64,000 nucleotides of DNA from Podarcis cretensis (taxonomy: Eukaryota). The stretch's first letter is position 1, and every line of letters starts with the position of its first letter. This document shows positions 35,791 to 49,100 of this stretch, one piece after another. Under the pieces are notes generated by a model that was not told the origin of the DNA, ran no database searches, and was given only the letters and a program-made list of their open reading frames with translations. The stretch covers positions 69,378,001-69,442,000 of the forward strand of contig OX638150.1 in NCBI GenBank assembly GCA_951804945.1, written 5' to 3'. The position numbers and the translations under genes were made by a program.

Positions 35791-38700
35791 GTGAGTGCTG
35801 GAGGGGTGGGGCATCAAAGGGCAGCAGAGGAGTCTTGTTTTGATGGCTGCAGGGCCGACGCTCAGCTCCTGTCCCACTGCTGACCTGGAGTTAGGAGGTC
35901 TCATATTTATACTGTTAGCATAGCTTTTGTGCTTCTTTGGCTGCTGTGTTCTCCTGAGATTTCACTATTACATTTTGAAGTTTTTTAGAGATTTCTCACA
36001 TGCTTCTGAGCATATATTTGCAACAATCAGAGCCAGAGACATGTTTGGGGTCCCCCCCCCCATTTTTCTCATGATACTTGAGGTTCTCTGGAAACTGAAC
36101 ACAGCAGCATTCTGCACACTTACTGCACTTCCACAGAATTGTGACACCCATTCATGTAGCGCTCTTCCACCCACTGATCTCTCTCCCCTTCCCTGCTTTC
36201 CACCCTTGCCTCTTTGCCCCCTGGTGTTTTGGCAGGCCTGCCCCTCATGGAAGTGCGGATTGACATCTCGCGGCAACAGGTGGAGAAGATCTTTGGCTTG
36301 GAAGAGTACTGGTGCCAGTGTGTCGCCTGGAGCACGTCTGGCACCACCAAGAGTCAAAAGGCCTATGTGCGCATTGCTTGTGAGTGGCGCCCTGCTTACC
36401 CTCCTGTCTGCTCAGGGGACCCCTCTAGGACTTCAAACCACCCATCTTCCCTCTCCTAGTGCCTCATTGTCATTCCCCCCACCTACAGCTGAAAATCAGA
36501 GCCTGTTCTTTCATGTCTGAATCGACTACGATCAATTGGCTGCTCATGTTGGCAGGGAGCAGACAAGGCTGTGGCCTAGTATGACCTGGGGGGTCTTCGA
36601 TGTCATCTTGACACTGCTCTAAGCCTCTCTTCTTTCTAGATCTGCGAAAGAATTTTGAGCAGGAGCCCCTGGCCAAAGAGGTCTCCATTGAGCAGGGAAT
36701 TGTGCTGCCTTGCCGCCCTCCAGAGGGGATCCCACCAGCTGAAGTGAGTACTGGCCCTGCATGCTTAATCCTGGGCAGTACTGAGGGGGCCATTGGGGAG
36801 AACGGTTGAGGAAGCCCACCAGTAGCACAAAACCAAACCAAACCACTTCATGGGGACCACCCAACGTTGGAACCCGCATCTCCCCAGCGTTGGCTTTGCC
36901 ACCCTGCAGTTCCTGCAGACGATCTAGGTTGGGTTCGTTGTAGCCCATTCGCCCTCACCCTCATTGCAGCCACTTGATTGACGTCGGCCTGTCTCTCTGC
37001 AGAGCTCATTAACGCACATTTCGGAGCCTCCCTGGGCTGCCCTGGTGCTGAGTGGCCTGTCAATCTCTGTCCCTCACTAGGTCAGTGCCAGAATGTGTTT
37101 TCTTCTGAGACACGTTGCAGTCGCAGTGTCCTTAAAGGCTATGCGGCCTGACCCAATCCTCCTGCCCTATGTGTGGCTTGTGTCCCCCAAGGTTGAGTGG
37201 CTGCACAACGAAGACCTCGTGGACCCAGCACTGGACCCCAACTTCTACATCACGCTGGAGCACAGCCTGGTGGTGAAACAGGCCCGCCTGGCGGACACAG
37301 GCAACTATACCTGCGTGGCCAAAAACATTGTGGCCCGTCGCCGCAGTTCCCCTGCTGCTGTCACTGTCTATGGTAGGGCCCCACCAGGCGATGGGATGGG
37401 TGGTCCTCAGGAAAAGGGGACCAATGGGCGACCAGCAGGTCTCTCCATAAGTCTTCAGGGTTGGGGGCAAGGGCAGGAATCTGGTTTCTTTGGAGGCTTG
37501 GTTGTAGCTCAAAGGGGAAGATGAAGCAGTGACAGGGCCGGCTCTACCATTAGGCAGAGTGAGGGAGCCATCTCAGGTGGCAGATGCTGGTGCAGAGGTG
37601 GGGAGTGGCAGCCTGGTGTTAGGGAACAAAGCTGGGTGTGCCTGTAAGATCACTTGCTGCCCTCAGACGGGGTGGGAGATGCTAGCCCACTGCCAGCACT
37701 GAAGGGAGATTTGAACTGCCGGAGCCAGCCAGCTTTCGTAAAAGGAAACGGGAAGAATTGTGTGGAGGTCAGCTTGTCCTTCCCTTTGGGCAGCACTGTT
37801 TCTTGGGCTGGCCCAACTGTTTTGGGGTGTGATGAAGAGGGGACTTTGCTAAGTACATGCACCTCAAAATGGAGGAAAAACCCATCCTGGAGGGAGAGAG
37901 GGGGTGGACGGGGGAGCCAGGCTGTGTCAACGCGATGTCGAGAAAGCGATGCTCCTGCAGAATCTCACAGGAGAAAGCGGCATGACCCCCCACCCCACCC
38001 CCTCCTCCAAGTGTCCGCCCCTCTGCTTGTGACTCCTCCTGCATCCCCCCATGTTTTCCTGTGTATTCTCCCCAAGCTGTACACACATACCAAAAGCAAG
38101 AGGGAAGCTGGCACCCCAGAGCCGGCCGTTTTGCCCCAGGAGAACCCTGGAAGCGCTTGGCTCCTTCTCTGGGCCCAGACAGAGAACCCCACCTCCCTCC
38201 CTGCTGCCAACGACTGGCCCTCCCAGGGCGCACTGTCGTTGGGAGCTCTAGCTGATGCTGTCCCTTCCCCCCAGTGAATGGCGGCTGGTCGACGTGGACG
38301 GACTGGTCAGCCTGCAGCACCAGCTGTGGACGGGGCTGGCAGAAGCGGAGCCGGAGCTGCACCAACCCAACACCACTCAACGGGGGGGCCTTCTGTGAGG
38401 GCCAGAATGTGCAGAAAAGTTCTTGCGCCACCCTGTGCCCAGGTACTGCCCTGTCACTGCTGCGCACCTGCTCCAGCGGCTCTGTTTTGCTGTACTCACT
38501 TGCACCCTTGGCCCCCGCCCCACCACCCACAGCAGCGGGGAAAGACTCAAAATCTAACACATATGAAGCCCAGAGCAGGCTGAGCCACACACATCTCCCA
38601 CTCTCAGTCCACTCCAAGCGCCCCTTTTTCTGTTTCAGCCCAGAGTTCGCTGCTCACACAGCTTTGCCTATGCACTATCCCACCACTGTTTGGTTGCCAC

Positions 38701-40114
38701 TTCCTTTCCCCAAAGTGACCTCAAGCCCAGAATGGTGCTGCATGTTCCTGGTACTTGTTTTTTCAGTGCCTTCAGCTCTGTTTAAGCTACTGGTCCCAAG
38801 AGAGCAGCTGGCCTTTGCCTCGCCTTCCCCTCTTTGCTCTACCTGTCTTCCCCAACCCATCCATGTGTCTGTGTTTGTCCCTTCCCATCTCTGAGCCCCT
38901 TCCAAGGCATGTTACAAGTATGGGAGGGGCCCCCTTGTCCCATTAGGAGTGGCTTCTGCGGTGGCCAGTAATGGGTCAGCCCTGAGCTACTTCAGCCTGG
39001 TCCCTCCTCTCTGTAGCTGACATCGCCCAACAGCGTCCTCTCGACCCACCAAGCTGCTGCAAGCATCTGGCTAGTGAGATATCTGCTTGGGCTTGGAGGG
39101 GTGGGGAGGTAGAATTTATGCTGAGAATGAGAAACCATTTGAGATTTGGGATTTTGGTCCCTAAGCCGCTGTACTGCCTCCTCCTGTCTGGCAGTGCCTG
39201 GCGGTTGGTCAACCTGGAGCATGTGGTCAGTGTGTGGTGCAGACTGTACACACTGGCGAAGCCGTGAATGCTCGGATCCGGCGCCCCGGAATGGTGGGGA
39301 CGAGTGCCAGGGGCCTGAACTGGAGACCCGCAACTGCACCAGCGAGTTATGCACTCATGGTGAGTTCCTGCTGCTTTTGGGGAAATATAAGACTCATGCT
39401 GTGGGTGGAGATGGAGGGGAGAGGTGCAGGTGGTGGCATGAATTTGATGAGCATCTTCTGGCACAGGTGTGCCTCTCCAGGGTGGCTGTGGACATAGGCA
39501 ACTGGTGCTGCCTCCTGTTGCATAGCTTTTTTTGAGCGACCTTCCGTTGCAGGCTGATTGAGATGTAAGGGCATTGAGGCCTGTCAGTTCTGGTCTGCCT
39601 ATCTGTCCACGTAGGAACTAGCAGCCGTCTGCCCAGCACAGATGGAATCTCTGCTGCCTGGTTTAGCGTTGCCTCATAGCCACAGGCTAGAAGGCAGAAA
39701 CCCACCTTGTCAGCGGCACCCCCTGGCCCATGCGTCCCACCACAGGCTCCGTCCCTTAATGAGGAGGCCCCAGAGCTCTCTCCTGAAAGATCACAACTGG
39801 TGCGCACTGGCCCAGCAAGCAGGCTGTGTGCCACCCCCACCCCAAGGCAGGAGAGCTCTGCGCTGGCCCTGCCAGGGTGGAAGAGTGAGTGACAGGCCCC
39901 ATCCTGGCTCATTAACTGTTCTAGCTTGTTAGGCCTCCTAGGGGTTTTTTCTTCCTTTTACATCAAATTAAGCATTCTCACAGCTGAAATGAAGCAATGG
40001 CCCCCTGCCCTCCCCAGGGGGACTCAGGCTGACGGTTTGACCCAGCTGGCAGTGGGGGTGGGGAGGAGGTGCGTGAGGGATTCAGAGGGACAGCAGGGCA
40101 AAGTGCTGGTTCAC

Positions 40115-40157
<43 letters not shown>

Positions 40158-43100
40158 CTGGTTCATTTGTTCATTCTTCCTCCCTTACATACAATTCCCT
40201 GTACATATGTTGCCTCATAAACCAGACTAATGCTTGCTTCCATTAACACAGAAGCCTTGTTTGTTCTCCCTCACACACCCACACCCGGCCTGCATTCCCC
40301 CTTCCCCCTTCAACCCCCACCAACCTGCCTTCTTCTGTACAGAGGCTTCATACAAAGGACAACACACACTCACACTCTCTTGCACAGCTGGGATTTTGGC
40401 CATGGAGCTTTGAAGGTTTCTACTTACTCAACCTTCAGAGATCATAAGCAAGATCCCAATTCTCCCAATTAAAGACTGTCTGCCTTTACTTAGAAATTAT
40501 GAGACAGGAGCAGAAGGGCTCCTTTCAACCCAGGCTGCAGCCTTACTAACCTTGCCCAAACCAACCTCTGCCACAAAACTTTTCCTGCAGAAGCACCCTT
40601 TGTGGAAGGCTGCGTCTAGTCCTCCCGTACACCACATTTCAGATCCCCTTCTGAATTATTATTTCTATAAACATAAAGATTTTTAGATAACACACTGGTT
40701 CGACAGACAGGGTTATTGTTCTTATGAACAATTAAATGGGCTTGTGTCCCAGGCACAATCTCACACTTACGAGACCCCTTTTCTGTTTCAGTCCTGGGTT
40801 CACCATTCAGCCAGCTTTGCCTGTGCCTCAGCACCCACTGTTCCCCAAAGCAGCCCTTTTCTTTGATAGCATGCTGATAACATGGCTGTAGTTATTATAA
40901 AAGGGAACCACAACAGATGCTCATAAAATACGCTGCTTGTTTTGAATGTCATCTTGCATTTATCTAAAATTGGGTTGAGAATCTTATCCTGCCACCACTA
41001 CCCCGCCTAATTCAGACCCTGATTCCCAAAGGAATCTCTCATGCTTTCCACCCATTCCTCTCCAATATGGATTTTGCATCATTTGTTAGACGGGGACTCA
41101 AAGAAGGCTGTGAGTTCAATACCCAGTGCAAAAAGGAGGAGGTTGGAAATGTGCCTTTGCACTGAAGGACAGGGAAAGGGCAGGGGTTGGGGTGTTTTTT
41201 TTAAGGGATCACAGGTTTTGGTTATTAATTCCTTGATGACCCTCATTGCAAGAAGGCCAATGACATTTCATCCAGTGTCTCTTCCTTCCCTAGAGACATT
41301 GGCGGACTTCCATAGATAATTGCACACCATGCAGATGAGCAGTGTGCTCCTTCTCCAGAAGGAGATGGCATTATTTTATACAGGGCAACAGCTGGCTCAG
41401 AATTGCACACCTCTCTGTTCTTCTGCTTCTCCTTTTAGGAACGAATGGCTCTGAGGATGTGGCTCTGTATGTGGGCCTGATTGCTGTCGCAGTCTGCCTG
41501 GTGCTGCTGCTCCTAGTGGTAACCCTTGTCTACTGCCGCAAGAAGGAAGGGCTGGATTCTGACGTGGCTGATTCTTCTATTCTCACTGCTGGCTTCCAGC
41601 CGGTCAGCATCAAGCCAACCAAAGCAGGTGAGCATCACACCAATTATGGGGCATCCCGGGGATTTTTGGAGTCCTTTGCATTGAGTGCAAGCAGCCTTCC
41701 TGGAGCCACAGTCAGCTGCCAGGTCTCGATGTGGATACGGTGTTTGTCTCTTCTACGACTGCAGAACGGTTAGGTAAGATACAGCCGCAGTGTGTCTTGT
41801 AGCAAAATAGGATGGTGCCCGCCATTTTAAGAGTCCCGTGACTACTGTGCCAACTCTTAATGTGCTCTTTGGGTTTCCTCCCCTACTCTGTTTCTCCTTC
41901 CTGCTGTTACAAGTACTGCAAAAAAATAAATACGAAATGGTAGTATTCAACAAACTTCACATACTAGCTCAAGGGGATTTCCCATCCCTCTATTCCATCT
42001 GCACCATTCTCAAATTTATTCCAGAGGGTTGGGGGAAACCCCAGATTTAGAGGGAGGGGGAGAATGTTTCGTCGCACGCACACACACAAAATAATTTGAC
42101 TGAGAGAACATTCATTGTAGTGCTACGTTGAACAAAAACCACAGATCTTAAAAGCACAATGGAACCTGGTGACAACTAAAAACAGTGGTTTAAAGAGTTT
42201 CGTTGTTTAAAAAATGGCTTTCTGGAATAAGCTCAGAATATGCTCAGCTGGTTAGAGCATGGTGTTAATAACACCAAGACTGCAGGTTCTGTCCCCATAA
42301 GAGACAACTGCATATTCCTTCATTGCAGGGGGTTCGACTATATATGATCCTCAGGGTCCATCCCAACTCTATGATTCAATTCAAGTCAAGTGAGCAAATG
42401 GGAAAATTTCTGATAACAGAAGACTAAAACTGTTTAAACACCTGAAGGCTTCCTACAGTAGGCAGCGTAAGCAGAGGATATCTGCAGAGGACTACGTAGG
42501 AAAAACCACAGACCCAATAAACACACCAAAAATCTCTTACAAAATACCGTAATTATAGCCAGAAACTCACCTCTAGCCACGCATCTCAACACTACTAAGC
42601 ATTGCCTTTGCCAAAGAAAGATGCAACACCAGAGGGTTAGAAACAGGCCATCTGCATATTTTGTGAGAACCTGCTAAATTACCCTTTCCAGTTACAAGGC
42701 CTTAATGCTTCCTGCCAGCCCTCACTGGGCTACAGGACACCAACCAGTAAGGGCAGCCTAGCACTGGTCAGAACAGGAGCCTGTACAAGAAGGGTTTTCT
42801 AATCATCCCACCCCCAGCTCATCTGCCAGGCATTCTTCAAGTATTTCTGAACTAGTTAATTAAAGTTGGTTCCCCACTAATCAAGAAACATGAACTTCTA
42901 GAGGAAAAGTAGTTGCTGGAATGGAAGATGCAAGACCTTGCTGGCACATCTTGTCACAGTGACTGTCACACCCCCAGGAAGTTAAACATGTAGGGAACCT
43001 ATTATGTAATGTAGAGGAAGTCAGTAAAATCTAATGGCCATCATAGGTAGTTGTATAGTAAAATCACACTTGTGGATAAGCACATCTTTCATCCTAACCA

Positions 43101-46100
43101 CTCAATTTCTGTCATTTTGGAACCAGTTTACAAAGACCCACTAGCCTGGTTGGCAAAGCCATGGCCCAAAGGTTTTAGGCCCTAAAACAGACCATGGTTT
43201 ATTTTGAACACAGAGCCATGGTCTAAAATGGCTGATCATGAATGAGCAGAGTGCTAGAGTGTGCTGCTCTTCCTGCTTGCCCCCTTCCTTTCATGTGCTG
43301 CTTAGGAGCTGAAAGAAACCAGATCCCTGGCCTCATATTGCATGCAAACCAGCACTTGTGGTTTTGTTTTTCTCCAAACAAACCATGAGCAGTAACCAAT
43401 GTTTTTTCTTAGCTTACTGTTTGTGGTTTGCTGGGAGGGAAACAAACCACAACTGTTAATTTGCATGTAAGACTAAGCCAGTGCTCTGGTTTATTTCTAC
43501 TGCAAGGCAGCCTAGGGAGGAGAGAGGCAGGCACAAAGAGCAAGGACTGGTCTGTTTTAAACAATAGCTTCACATACTTGTGGACTGGGTCATTTATGAG
43601 CATCTAGGTGTGGGCGGAATAAGTTTCCTACCATCATTCCATCAGCCACTTAACTTTCTCATCACCTCATGATGCGACCTTTGGCCTTTGAGGCTCACCT
43701 CTTTGCACCCTGACAAGTGGTGGGGTGTTAAAATGACAACTGTGTCATGCGGCCAGCTCCCTTAGTCATTCTGCATTTGGATATCCTGCCCGGATGGGTT
43801 GTGTGAATTAGCCCAGACTCCTGGGCTCTGCAAGGGAGACTGTACTGCATCTTTAGGAAGCTGTCTCTGGGAAATAAAATGCATAACCTTATTAATACAA
43901 AAAGTGATGGTTTGAACAGGGATCTTTGTTTCTCGGGTCATTGCAGCAGTCTGTTACCCCTGCTGCTTAATGTATTTTGTGCAACATTGTCTGATGAGAT
44001 GATGTTATGTGATTAGGCTGCTATCTACCTGAGGTGACTGAAAATATCTGCATTTGCATCTGTAAGCAATATAGGTCTGTATATTGTGCTAAGAATGAAC
44101 TCTCTTTTCCATTCTGCATAGAGAAGAGCTTTCAATACGTTCAAACAGCACATGTATTTTGACCGACCCAGTTTGTTGGGTTATTAACATAAATGTCTCT
44201 CCTTCTTTGCAGATAACTCCCACTTGCTTACTATCCAGCCTGACCTGAGCACCACCACCATGACCTACCAGGGCTCACTATGTCCACGCCAGGATGGACC
44301 CAGCAAGTTCCAGATTGGCAATGGGCACCTGCTGAGCCCCCTGGGCAGTGGGCGCCACACCCTGCACCACAGCTCACCCAGTGCGGACCCTGTGGACTTT
44401 GTCTCTCGGTTCTCCACCCAGAGCTTCTTCCGCTCCTTGCCCAGGGGTGGTGCCAACATGGCTTATGGAACCTTCAACTTCCTGGGTGGACGTTTAATGA
44501 TCCCCAACACAGGTGAGATGGGAAGAGAAGGAAGGCTGGGGATTTGGGAGGCTGAGCTAGGTAGGGAAAAGTGTAGATGCTTTATGATGCTCGTAGTTCC
44601 CTTCTGGACCAGCATTCAAGCACACACATGCAAGAGACAGAGGCTTCCTGTTTGGCCTGTATAGGAATACGATAAGTGATTATTTTGTGGATAAATTCCA
44701 GATAGAAACTGCATATACCATTTCCCCACTTTACGGGGAAATTGTCCCGATACTGAGCGGCCCCTTATTGATGCCCAAGGGTCAGCTTGCCCAAGAGAAC
44801 ATGGAATGTTTCTTTCAAGCCTGGACCCATAGGAAGGTCTGACAAGGGCTAGTCCACCCACGAGGCGACTGCCCCTGGTGTCAGGATTCACAGGGGCAGC
44901 AGATCTTGATGTTGATCTTCCCCCCTTGTTCCTGGAGCTGGCTCTTCCCTCACATCTTCTTCTCTGTTGGGGAGCGGGACATCATTTTGGGGTTTGTCCA
45001 AGGTGCAGAAATGTCTTGGGCCATCCATGGACACTGTATATTGCATCCCCTTGAGCAATAATGTCTGTGTCCTTTAGGTGTCAGCTTGCTTATCCCACCT
45101 GATGCCATCCCGCGAGGAAAGATCTATGAAATCTACCTGACGCTGCACAAGCAGGAAGATGTGAGGTATCCCTCTTACCCTTGAAATCCTTCAACTACCC
45201 CATTAGTGGTCAGTGGGACCCCTAATTTCTCATATACCAATTTGACTCCAGTCCACTGTATGCCTGCCCCGTATGCCCACCCATCACCTGTGGCACATAA
45301 GGGCTCTCCTACAGGTACCTGTAGAATCCACAGGGAATTCTTGGACAACTGCATCCCTGTAGACCTTGTCATGCAGATGGGCTGCAGAAATTTGCCTCCA
45401 CTCATGAGGTGGAGGGAGCAGCATGAATTGAATGTCACTGTGGAAGGTCAGCTACAGCATCCAGGAAGGAAACAAAGTCTTGACATACACATTACTCCTC
45501 TTGCTGGAAAATTCTCAGTGGAAAATTCTATCCCTTCAAGATCCACAACTCCAGATTATCCCATTCGGCATTTCAATCTCTTACCAGAAGACTTACCACA
45601 CACTTGCCTGAAGGAAACAAAACTGATTGGAAATAGGCAATAGGACTCGTCTACTTGTTCTACATGTACAGAGGCTACAGGGCCAGCAGCACCCCAACCA
45701 TGGGCATTTTACATCAAAGCTCTAGTAATACCAGTCTAGCGCTTCCCACGTCATGCTCGTAAGATTGAACTATATAATCAACAGAGATCACCCACCATTT
45801 CTAGGCAGATTTCTCTGTCGCAATCTTAACTACATCCTAAAATGCTACCGAGCATGTTTCTGATTTAATGTTTTTGTGCTGGCCCTTGACAGCCCACTCT
45901 TGCCCGCATCCCTCTGCTCACAGCTGCATCAACAGCAAATGGAGAAAGCATGCTTCTGTCATGGCACATTTAGTGTCAAGAATCCCTTTGGTGCTGGTTG
46001 AGGATTGAGGTGGGAAATTTGATTAGGACATCTAAAGCAACCTGGCCTGGAGTATGAAGGATAAGTCATGTTAGCTAAGCGGGTGAGATCTGCCAGCCAG

Positions 46101-49100
46101 AAAGGACCTTGCCAGGCTGTTCAATGGAGCATCACCCTCTGGCTAGTCATCCTCTAAGGAACTTGACTGCTGCACACTTGTACAATTCCTGCCCCCGCCC
46201 TGTCCCTGCTCCCTTCCAAAGAAGGATACCTAATGCAACTTATTCATCGTGGATATATTCTCAGAAACATTTTTGGAGTTCCCACTTTGCAGATAGCTCC
46301 AATAACAGCTGTCTGCCATAACTGAGGCATTTCCACTTTTCCCACGAGCCTTATGCCAATTCACACATCTAGCTCAGCACTCAGAGTCCCATCTAGCTCA
46401 GCACTGACTACATTGATGGGCAGCAGTTCTCCAGGATCTTCCTGGATTACCCAGAGATGCCGGGGATTGAACCTGGGACTTTCTGCAAACAGACGCTGTG
46501 CTACTGAGCCATGATCCTTCCCCATTCCCTTATGTCAGCATCCATTTCCGATGCACTTACTGAAGACTGCCAGCTCCAATTCTCTGCTTGGATTGCCAGT
46601 AGTACGTGCTGACTATAACCCCACCCAATTTCTCCACTCTGCTTCCACCGCCCAGTGGTGAGAATGCAGATCCTGTTTGCTTTCTGTGCCCATTGGAATG
46701 ATAACCAAGGGAAACTGGCAATAGTCAGAAGCGTCTGTGCTTGGCTTTGTATGCCCCTTCTCTTTCCAACTCATGGTTTTCTCTCTTTTTTGAGGCTGCC
46801 CCTGGCTGGCTGTCAGACCCTGCTGAGTCCCATTGTCAGCTGTGGGCCCCCCGGGGTGCTGCTCACCAGACCTGTCATCCTAGCTATGGACCACTGTGTG
46901 GAGCCAAACCCGGAGACCTGGAGTCTCCGCCTCAAGAAGCAGTCGTGTGAGGGCACGTGGGAGGTGAGTGCTTGGCCTCAGGCAGTCGCAAACCAACCCA
47001 AAGGCTTTAAACAAGGCTGTATTGTACTTTTTGCTTTACAAAACAAACAACCTTCCGGGCCAAAGTAACCTAAATTCTGAAACCTGTTTAAATTATGCAA
47101 ATCAGTCATATTGTTCATAGGGTTTTTTTTTTGCTTGCTTTGCAAACTCTATACTGTTTCTGCTACTTCTGAGAAAGAGGAGGAACTATGCGTGATGCTG
47201 AAGTCTCATCCTTGGGAAACAACAGAAGTCTTATTCAGCTATCCCTGTAGCTTTCTCAGGGCTTCGCCATACACTCTCAAGCATATCTTTGCATCCAAAT
47301 GTTATAGAAACATGCTTTGTAATATATATATGAAAGCTGGATTCTGCCTCCAGTATTACAATCTTACATTTCCCCCCAGAATTGTAGAATATACATTGCC
47401 CTATTTTCAATATTAGCAGAATCTGATGGAGTGTTTACTGCCCAGCCCTGGCACATTTGATTCTGATTTGTGTTCTACAATAGAGGCTGTGATGGATCCC
47501 TCAGACTAGCTGAAAATAGCTCAGTCAGTAGAGCATAAGATTCTCAATCTCAGGGTTGTGGGTTTGAACCCCACCTTGGGCAAACAATTCCTGCATTGCA
47601 GGGGGTTGGACTAGATGACCCTTGTGGTTCCTTCCAACTCTACCATTCTATGATTCCAGCTTGAATGTAGTGCAAATGTTCCTATATGTGCCCAAAGAGC
47701 AACAATCCTCCTACCCTCTCAAGCTCAGTACTGCATCCTTGGTCCTGTATACCAGCTGTTTCCTGCTGATACCCCACCAATACAGATTCATTCTCCTTGT
47801 GTGTTGGCCAGCCATTCTTGCTTTATTTTTTTTTCAGAATTCATAAACTGCTCTGGATTCAAGGAACTACCCAAGCACTGTACTTCTAGCGTATTAGTCA
47901 GCCTTCTTCTTCTGACACCTGTTTGTTTGCCAACAGACCTTTGCAGCTGCTTAATTTTTGATTAGCCGGTCACCTTAATGATTATTTGTTCTTTTAAAAT
48001 GCAATTTAATTTTTTTAATTGATGCTTTTGCAGTGTACACCACCTTGTACGGTACAGAAATGCTTCTAAAAATAAGCCATAATCTGCACTGGCTCCCTTG
48101 TGCTGCTTCTGCGCTCATTGTGCCAATAACTGTTGATCAGGGTGGTTTTTATCTCTCTGCCCACCCCTCCACCTTTCCCATTTCCTCAGGATGTGCTGCA
48201 CCTGGGTGAGCCCGTGCCCTCGGAACTCTTCCACTGCCAGCTGGAACCCCAGGCTTGCTACATATTCACAGAACAACTAGGCCGCTTTGCTTTGGTGGGG
48301 GAATCGCTCAGCATGGCGGCTTCAAAGCGCCTCAAATTGGTCCTTTTCGCACCCACTACCTGTACTGGGCTGGAATATGATGTCCGCGTGTATTGCCTCA
48401 GTGACACCCGTGATGCACTCAAGGTATTACCCCACAAGGCCAAAATGCTGCCCTGGAAATGCCCCAAACATATACACCTTGAGCTTCTTTCCCACAAATT
48501 TCCCACCTGCTCCAGACATAATAGCCCATTATTTGCTCAAGAATCACAGTTGAACAGCCTTAATGCTGTAGTAGTACAGCCTATGTTTCGCTTCAACGAC
48601 ACTGACCACATGCCCAGTATGTTGCTCTATAATTGCAGGGTGTCTGGCCTCACCTAGGCCTCTCCCCTTCCCCACCAACCAGTGATTTTTTCACAACAAC
48701 CCAGATCAGTCCCTTGCAACTCCACACTGCGCCTCCAGGAAATGGGTGTTGATGGTTCTAGTCACTCAGCCCCTGCTTTGTCCATGCAATTCCAGGAAGT
48801 GGTACAAGTAGAGAAGCAGATGGGGGGGCAGCTGATTGGCGTGCCACGGATCCTGCACTTCAAGGACAGTTACCACAACCTGCGCCTCTCCATCCATGAT
48901 GTGCCCAGCTCCCTGTGGAAGAGCAAGCTTCTTGTCAGCTATCAGGCAAGTGTGCCCATGGGCGCTAGGCGTGTTCTGTATCCAGAGTAGGCGCCCTCTT
49001 CTCCAGCCTGCTGTCATTGTGCTATGTCACCTCCCTTTTTCGTCTCTTATTTACTGGGATTCAGTGCAAAGCCCCATATCCTCAAGACCAGGAATGCCCC

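Noticed and set aside
37654-38617. Long ORFs of 207 aa (+) and 282 aa (-) around UNC5A exon 6
   Set aside because: GC-rich intron and antisense shadow of the exon; no recognisable motifs or splice context.
40441-40475. [10 protein letters not shown] stretch resembling the short alternative exon of UNC5B between TSP2 and the TM helix
   Set aside because: In-frame TAA and no usable GT donor; likely coincidence.
47510-47582. tRNA-like sequences (also at 42236, 15430 and 28681)
   Set aside because: Stems are degenerate and they run into LINE-type tails, so they are SINE heads rather than tRNA genes.
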